Assembly: GCF_009795845.1 (NCBI RefSeq)
Contig: NZ_WTEX01000012.1
Location: forward strand, 24,999 to 48,998
Source: Gilliamella sp. Lep-s35
Lineage (GTDB): Bacteria; Pseudomonadota; Gammaproteobacteria; Enterobacterales; Orbaceae
DNA length: 24,000 nt
Reading direction: 5' to 3'
The notes below the pieces were generated by a model that did not search any database, was not told where the DNA came from, and saw only the letters and a list, made by a program, of their open reading frames with translations. Positions 19,011 through 24,000 of this stretch are shown here, in pieces (position 1 is the first letter of the stretch; the number at the start of each line of letters is the position of its first letter). The position numbers and the translations under genes were made by a program.

Positions 19011-20372
19011 TTATAAAAATCCATAAACCAAAATGATGATTACCGCAACAGGAACAATATAACGCGTTAATACCGTCCAAACACTAAACCAAAAATCACT
19101 TAAATTTAATTCTTCACGGATACGTTTTTGATTCATCATCCAAGCACCAAATACCACAGTACCTAATCCAGTAAGTGGTAGCATTATTTTACTTGTTAAA
19201 TAGTCTAATAATTCAAAAATATTTTTATCAAATAGTTTTATTCCAGCCCATTCATTAAATGCTAATAAACAAGCTATGCCTAAAGCCCAAATGACAAGGC
19301 TACTTGCTATTGTGGCTGATTTTCTTCCTAGTGGGGTTTTTTCTTCCAATAACTCAACCGTTGGTTCAAGTAATGAAATAGAAGAAGTTAATGCCGCAAA
19401 AGTTAGGAAAATAAAGAATACTACACCTAAAATAGTACCGCCAGCCATATTACCAAATGCAATAGGTAAAGTAACAAAAATAAGGCCAGGACCTTCACCA
19501 GGTTGTAAACCATTAGCAAAAACAAGTGGGAATATAGCCATGCCTGAAAACATTGCTACAATAACGTCTAAAATTACGACGGTACAAGCTGTAGATAGCA
19601 AATTGACATCTTTTCCAAGGTATGACCCATATGCCATCATAATTCCCATACCTAAAGATAGACTAAAGAATGCATGCCCTAAGGCTGCTAACATGGCAGT
19701 ACCATTAATGGCCGAAAAGTCTGGTGTAAATAAAAATTTAAAGGCCTGAATAAAAGAGGGGCCACTCACATAGGCAGCATAACAAACTAATACTAATAAT
19801 AAAATTCCCAGTCCAGGCATCATAATTTTACAGGCACGTTCTAAACCAGCACCAACCCCCATAGCAACAATAAAAGCGGTAACAGCCATAAACACGGTAT
19901 GCCAAGTCAATAAATGGTTTACATTACCAAGGAAATTTTCAAAAATTTTCCCTGTAACGTCACCATTTGCACCTTCGAAAGAACCTTGTGCAGCTAAAAC
20001 AATGTAATCAGTCGCCCATCCACCAATAACACTATAAAACGATAAAATTAAAAATGAACCTACTACACCTATAATACCCACCCAACGCCATGATCTAGAA
20101 CGACCTTCTGAAGCGGCAACGTCTTCCATCGTGTGAATTGGATTTTTTTGCCCACGTCGACCAATTAACCATTCTAAAACTAAAATTGGTAACCCAATAA
20201 CAAACATAAATAGCAAATAGGTTAGTACAAATGCAGAACCACCCATTTCGCCTGCCATATAAGGGAATTTCCAAATGTTACCTAACCCAACAGCAGAACC
20301 CGCTGCAGCTAGCATAAATCCCATGCGTGAACTCCACTGTGAGTGGCTTTTTTTCATAGTACCAGTACTCAT
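19011..20372 (-). CDS. Sodium-dependent transporter, neurotransmitter:sodium symporter (NSS/SNF) family
   Basis: 453 aa. The NSS signature is SRMGFMLAAAGSAVGLGNIWKFPY. About 11-12 hydrophobic segments are visible. An AAGGAAA Shine-Dalgarno is present. The substrate cannot be predicted from sequence. Confidence 0.85.
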   Translation of the reverse strand: MSTGTMKKSHSQWSSRMGFMLAAAGSAVGLGNIWKFPYMAGEMGGSAFVLTYLLFMFVIGLPILVLEWLIGRRGQKNPIHTMEDVAASEGRSRSWRWVGIIGVVGSFLILSFYSVIGGWATDYIVLAAQGSFEGANGDVTGKIFENFLGNVNHLLTWHTVFMAVTAFIVAMGVGAGLERACKIMMPGLGILLLVLVCYAAYVSGPSFIQAFKFLFTPDFSAINGTAMLAALGHAFFSLSLGMGIMMAYGSYLGKDVNLLSTACTVVILDVIVAMFSGMAIFPLVFANGLQPGEGPGLIFVTLPIAFGNMAGGTILGVVFFIFLTFAALTSSISLLEPTVELLEEKTPLGRKSATIASSLVIWALGIACLLAFNEWAGIKLFDKNIFELLDYLTSKIMLPLTGLGTVVFGAWMMNQKRIREELNLSDFWFSVWTVLTRYIVPVAVIIILVYGFL

Positions 20373-20602
20373 TAATATTTTCCTTTAATCTCAATTAGTT
20401 TAATTCAGCGTTGTTGCAAAAATAGTACATTTTCATTAGTAAATTTTTAATCATGCCATGAAATAAGTTGATAAACAAGAATTCATTAACTTAATTAGTT
20501 ATCTATATTCAAAAACGAGTCGAAATTTGACTACTGATTGATAAAAGTAAGCACATAGCATATAGTTAAACTCAGATTTTTAATAATATAAAAAGAGCAA
20601 CT

Positions 20603-21301
20603 ATGTCAAAAAATATTGATCTAAACGAAATCGACAAATTTTCACAACTTGCTACTGATTGGTGGAATCCCAATGGCAAATGTAAGCCACTGCATATAAT
20701 CAATCCATTGCGAGTGGATTATATACAACAAAAATGCGGTTCGTTAACTAACCAAACTGTGTTAGATGTAGGGTGTGGTGGCGGAATTTTGTCTGAAAGC
20801 CTAGCTAAATTAGGGGCAAATGTTACCGCTATTGATCTTGCTGATGAGTCGCTTGCTGTCGCTAAAACGCATGCTAAGCAAAATGATCTTACAATTAATT
20901 ATCAAAAGCAAACAGTTGAAGAACATGCACAGCAACACCCTGAGCATTATGATGTAATTACCTGTATGGAATTATTAGAGCATGTGCCAGATCCATTTTC
21001 AGTTATTCAAGCTTGCTCAGTATTACTTAAACCTAATGGAAAATTATTTTTATCAACCATTAATCGCAATCATAAAGCCAAATTATTGTTAATTTATGGG
21101 GCTGAATATATTGCTCGCTTAGTGCCTAAAGGTACGCACGACTTTAACCGTTTTATTCGCCCATCAGAATTAATGACACTTGTTGAACAAGCAAAATTAG
21201 ATGTGGAAGATATTATTGGTATGGAGTATCACTTATTTAAAAATCAATTCAAGTTAAGTTCAAATGTTGATGTAAATTATATACTAATGGCAAAAAAATA
21301 A
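20603..21301 (+). CDS. ubiG: Bifunctional 3-demethylubiquinol 3-O-methyltransferase / 2-polyprenyl-6-hydroxyphenol methylase UbiG
   Basis: 232 aa. It has the N-terminal UbiG motif F..LA..WW...G..KPLH.INP.R, the SAM-binding LDVGCGGGILSE, and CMELLEHVPDP. Confidence 0.9.
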   Translation: MSKNIDLNEIDKFSQLATDWWNPNGKCKPLHIINPLRVDYIQQKCGSLTNQTVLDVGCGGGILSESLAKLGANVTAIDLADESLAVAKTHAKQNDLTINYQKQTVEEHAQQHPEHYDVITCMELLEHVPDPFSVIQACSVLLKPNGKLFLSTINRNHKAKLLLIYGAEYIARLVPKGTHDFNRFIRPSELMTLVEQAKLDVEDIIGMEYHLFKNQFKLSSNVDVNYILMAKK

Positions 21302-21315
21302 GATATGTTTAAAAA

Positions 21316-21331
21316 TGTGATCTAACTCTCA
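21316..21331. promoter_or_regulatory. Candidate CRP site upstream of the gntT-like gene
   Basis: TGTGA-tctaac-TCTCA. The surrounding 22-mer AAATGTGATCTAACTCTCAATT matches 18 of 22 positions of the CRP consensus. Its centre lies about 50 bp upstream of the -10 box. Confidence 0.5.
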
Positions 21332-21369
21332 ATTTCGATATTTTATTCACTATTTTTTTTAAAATCCTC

Positions 21370-21396
21370 TATAATTTGGCATGTTACCGATAACAA
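21370..21396 (+). promoter_or_regulatory. -10 box followed by a GntR (LacI-family) type operator
   Basis: A perfect TATAAT lies at 21370..21375. ATGTTA-CCGA-TAACAA at 21381..21396 follows it. The E. coli GntR operator consensus, as I recall it, is ATGTTA-N4-TAACAT. The ATG used as the start by the ORF track (21381) is the first triplet of this operator. Confidence 0.6.
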
Positions 21397-21425
21397 GGAT
21401 TTTTATTTTAGAGGACTATTTATTT

Positions 21426-22748
21426 ATGCCATTAATCATAATTGCTATAGGTGTAGCTCTGCTACTTATTTTAATGTTACCACTTCGAGTTAATGGATTT
21501 ATTGCTCTCATCCTAGTTGCATTAAGTGTTGGTGTTATGGAAGGAATGCCAATTATGGATGTTGTAAAATCAATTAAAAATGGAGTTGGTGGTACACTTG
21601 GTAGTTTAGCCTTAATTATGGGTTTTGGGGCAATGCTAGGAAAACTACTAGCCGATTGTGGAGGTGCACAACGTATTGCAACAACGCTTATTGAAACATT
21701 TGGTGATAAAAAAATCCAATGGGCTGTGACGCTTACTGGTTTTATTGTTGGCTTTGCTCTTTTTTATGAAGTTGGTTTTGTTTTATTATTACCATTAGTG
21801 TTAACCATCGCCGCAACATTACGAATATCCCCTTTGTATGTCGGCATTCCAATGGCTGCTGCATTATCTGTTACGCATGGTTTTTTACCTCCACATCCAG
21901 GGCCAACTGCGATTGCTGAAATTTTTAAAGCAGATATGGGACGAACTTTGCTTTATGGCACTATTATTGCTATCCCAACGGTAATTTTAGCAGGACCTGT
22001 ATTAGCAGGATTACCATTTATTCGTGCAATTAATCATCCAATTGAAGACGGTTTATACAATTCTAAAAAATTCACTGATGATCAAATGCCAAGTTTTGGT
22101 ATCAGCATATTTACTGCGTTGATTCCTGTGATCTTAATGTCAATTCGTGCTGTTTGTGAAATGACGTTAGCTAAAGGCCATGCAGTATTACCTTATGTTG
22201 AATTTTTTGGTGATCCTGTCATTGCAACATTAATTTCAGTTTTAGTTGCCGTATTTACTTTTGGTATTTTCCGTGGGCGTTCAATGGCCCAAATTAATGA
22301 AACGCTTGCTAACTCAATCAAAATCATCGCAATGATGTTATTAATTATTGGTGGCGGCGGTGCTTTCAAGCAAGTGCTTGTTGATAGTGGTGTTAAGGTT
22401 TACATTGAAGAGCTGATGCATTCGTCAAGTGTTTCACCCATTGTTATGGCTTGGCTAATTGCTGCATTATTACGTTTGGCACTAGGTTCAGCGACAGTAG
22501 CGGCATTAACTGCTGGTGGTATTGTATTTCCACTAATCGCCTCAACAGGAGTAAGTCCTGAGCTGATGGTTATTGCAACGGGGGCAGGTAGCGTTGTGTT
22601 TTCACACGTTAATGATCCAGGATTTTGGTTATTTAAAGAGTATTTCAATTTAAGCATTACTGAAACAATGAAGTCATGGTCATTGTTAGAAACAATAATC
22701 TCTGTTTGTGGGTTAGCAGGTTGCTTAGTGATTAATATGTTTATTTAA
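21426..22748 (+). CDS. gntT: High-affinity gluconate:H+ symporter, GntP family, GntT-like
   Basis: I place the start at the ATG at 21426 (MPLIIIAIGVALLLIL...), which has a GAGGA Shine-Dalgarno about 10 nt upstream. This gives 440 aa. Long stretches are nearly identical to E. coli GntT as recalled: NGFIAL.LVAL, GVGGTLGSLALIMGFGAMLGK.LADCGGAQRIATTLI, LSVTHGFLPPHPGPTAIA, IIAMMLLIIGGGGAFKQVLVDSGV, FSHVNDPGFWLFKEYFNL. Confidence 0.85.
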   Translation: MPLIIIAIGVALLLILMLPLRVNGFIALILVALSVGVMEGMPIMDVVKSIKNGVGGTLGSLALIMGFGAMLGKLLADCGGAQRIATTLIETFGDKKIQWAVTLTGFIVGFALFYEVGFVLLLPLVLTIAATLRISPLYVGIPMAAALSVTHGFLPPHPGPTAIAEIFKADMGRTLLYGTIIAIPTVILAGPVLAGLPFIRAINHPIEDGLYNSKKFTDDQMPSFGISIFTALIPVILMSIRAVCEMTLAKGHAVLPYVEFFGDPVIATLISVLVAVFTFGIFRGRSMAQINETLANSIKIIAMMLLIIGGGGAFKQVLVDSGVKVYIEELMHSSSVSPIVMAWLIAALLRLALGSATVAALTAGGIVFPLIASTGVSPELMVIATGAGSVVFSHVNDPGFWLFKEYFNLSITETMKSWSLLETIISVCGLAGCLVINMFI

Positions 22749-22769
22749 TCAAGCTTCATTGTCTATTTT

Positions 22770-22805
22770 ACCTCATCAGGTTTGTCTTACTGATGAGGTA
22801 TTTTC
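22770..22805 (+). terminator. Rho-independent terminator after the gntT-like gene
   Basis: Perfect 10-bp stem ACCTCATCAG (22770..22779) / CTGATGAGGT (22790..22799) with a 10-nt loop, followed by ATTTT. Confidence 0.8.
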
Positions 22806-22842
22806 CGTATATCTTCACACATTTTGAACTCATTCATTTTTA

Positions 22843-22870
22843 TTTATTTTCTATTTTAATAGAAAATAAA
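22843..22870. promoter_or_regulatory. 28-bp perfect palindrome upstream of guaB
   Basis: TTTATTTTCTATT (22843..22855), then tt, then AATAGAAAATAAA (22858..22870). It lies about 85-110 nt upstream of the guaB ATG and upstream of a TAGAAT -10-like box. Function is unknown. Confidence 0.4.
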
Positions 22871-22954
22871 ATTTTACTGGTTTTTTAAATTAAAAGCAGA
22901 TAGAATGCTTCGGCAATATTTTATCAACAATTCAACTCAATGGTGAATATTGTC

Positions 22955-24000
22955 ATGTCTCGCATAGTTAAAGAAGCCCTCACGTTTGACGACGTGTTAT
23001 TAGTTCCTGCTCACTCAACGGTCTTACCTAATACAGCTGATATCTCTACTCAACTAACCCAAACTATAAAGCTCAATATTCCAATGCTGTCAGCGGCAAT
23101 GGATACCGTCACCGAATCCGATCTTGCTATTGCATTAGCCCAAGAAGGTGGAATTGGTTTTATACACAAAAATATGTCGATTGAAAGTCAAGCCAATCAT
23201 GTAAGATGTGTTAAAAAGCACGAAAGTGGCATTGTACAAGATCCTGTATCTGTTTTACCAACTGCTACCATAGAGCAGGTTATTGAACTTGCTAAAGAGC
23301 ACGGTTTTGCAGGATTTCCTGTTGTGACCGAAAGCCAAGAGCTTGTCGGTATTATTACCGCGCGTGATGTACGTTTTGCCACAGACTTATCTTTACCTGT
23401 TACCGCAGTTATGACACCAAAAGACCGTTTAGTTACCGTTAATGAAGGTGAACAACGCGAAATTGTACTACAAAAAATGCACGAACACCGTGTAGAAAAG
23501 GTTCTTGTTGTTGATTCACGATTCCATCTAAAAGGCATGATCACCGTCAAAGATTACAATAAAGCAGAACAAAAGCCGAATGCCTGTAAAGATGAAAAAG
23601 GTCGTTTGCGTGTAGGTGCTGCCGTTGGCGCTGCGGCAGGTAACGAAGAGCGCATTGCAGCATTAGTTGAAGCAGGTGTTGATGTATTATTAATTGACTC
23701 GTCACACGGTCATTCCGAGGGTGTACTTGAACGCATTCGCCAAGCAAGAAAGACCTATCCAGAACTACAAATTATTGGAGGTAATGTTGCTACAGCCGAA
23801 GGTGCTAAAGCCTTAATTGATGCCGGCGTTAGTGCTGTTAAAGTTGGAATTGGCCCAGGCTCTATTTGTACAACTCGTATTGTCACTGGCGTTGGTGTAC
23901 CACAAATTAGTGCTATTATGGACGCAGTCGAAGTGGCGCAAAAGCACAGTATCCCAGTTATTGCTGATGGTGGAATTCGTTTTTCTGGCGATATTGCTAA
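22955..24000 (+). CDS. guaB: IMP dehydrogenase GuaB, N-terminal ~348 codons; continues past the window end
   Basis: Absent from the ORF track because it has no stop in the window. Translation from the ATG at 22955 gives [54 protein letters not shown]..., then the CBS region, then [42 protein letters not shown]. This is almost colinear with E. coli GuaB. A GGTGA Shine-Dalgarno is present. Confidence 0.95.
   Translation, partial: MSRIVKEALTFDDVLLVPAHSTVLPNTADISTQLTQTIKLNIPMLSAAMDTVTESDLAIALAQEGGIGFIHKNMSIESQANHVRCVKKHESGIVQDPVSVLPTATIEQVIELAKEHGFAGFPVVTESQELVGIITARDVRFATDLSLPVTAVMTPKDRLVTVNEGEQREIVLQKMHEHRVEKVLVVDSRFHLKGMITVKDYNKAEQKPNACKDEKGRLRVGAAVGAAAGNEERIAALVEAGVDVLLIDSSHGHSEGVLERIRQARKTYPELQIIGGNVATAEGAKALIDAGVSAVKVGIGPGSICTTRIVTGVGVPQISAIMDAVEVAQKHSIPVIADGGIRFSGDIA

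Noticed and set aside
19276-19749. A 157-aa plus-strand ORF inside the NSS transporter gene.
   Set aside because: It is an antisense shadow of a strongly supported membrane-protein gene, with no start context or recognisable motif.
22940-22954. An in-frame upstream ATG that would add MVNIV to GuaB.
   Set aside because: It has no Shine-Dalgarno. The ATG at 22955 is preceded by GGTGA and gives [11 protein letters not shown], matching the E. coli GuaB N-terminus.
23197-23747. Minus-strand ORFs 23197..23550 and 23547..23747.
   Set aside because: They lie antisense within guaB, whose plus-strand translation is almost colinear with E. coli GuaB.

Overview
This is an AT-rich gammaproteobacterial chromosomal segment. 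The G+C content was judged by eye, not computed. The predicted proteins line up with E. coli-type orthologues as I recall them, but I cannot assign genus or order from the sequence alone.

Gene order, left to right:
- deoD (5' part, runs off the window start) and deoB, minus strand.
- murB, a ycaD-like MFS transporter and birA, plus strand.
- zntA, minus strand.
- A roughly 1.5 kb scar of mobile DNA: an IS5/IS1182-like transposase remnant, a stand-alone tRNA-Lys(CUU), and a tyrosine integrase that is 5'-truncated and interrupted by a stop codon.
- ogt.
- A minus-strand sugar block: bglG, a RAT/terminator switch, bglF (EIIBCA) and bglB (GH1). After a strong terminator come an OprD/ChiP-family porin and a histidine phosphatase with a signal peptide.
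- htpG with a sigma32-like promoter.
- An NSS-family Na+ symporter.
- ubiG.
- A gntT-like permease preceded by a CRP site, a -10 box and a GntR-type operator.
- guaB (3' end runs off the window).

I see no CRISPR array, rRNA, intact mobile element, or recognisable defence, toxin-antitoxin or secretion system. I do not find convincing evidence for a wholly new multi-gene system.

The observations most worth following up are:
- the porin plus secreted-phosphatase bicistron attached to the bgl locus;
- the tRNA-Lys(CUU), which has a T-stem mismatch and sits between mobile-element scars;
- the MFS gene wedged into the conserved murB-birA pair;
- an in-frame 18-bp tandem duplication in zntA.

All regulatory-site calls are pattern matches made by eye and need computational or experimental confirmation.
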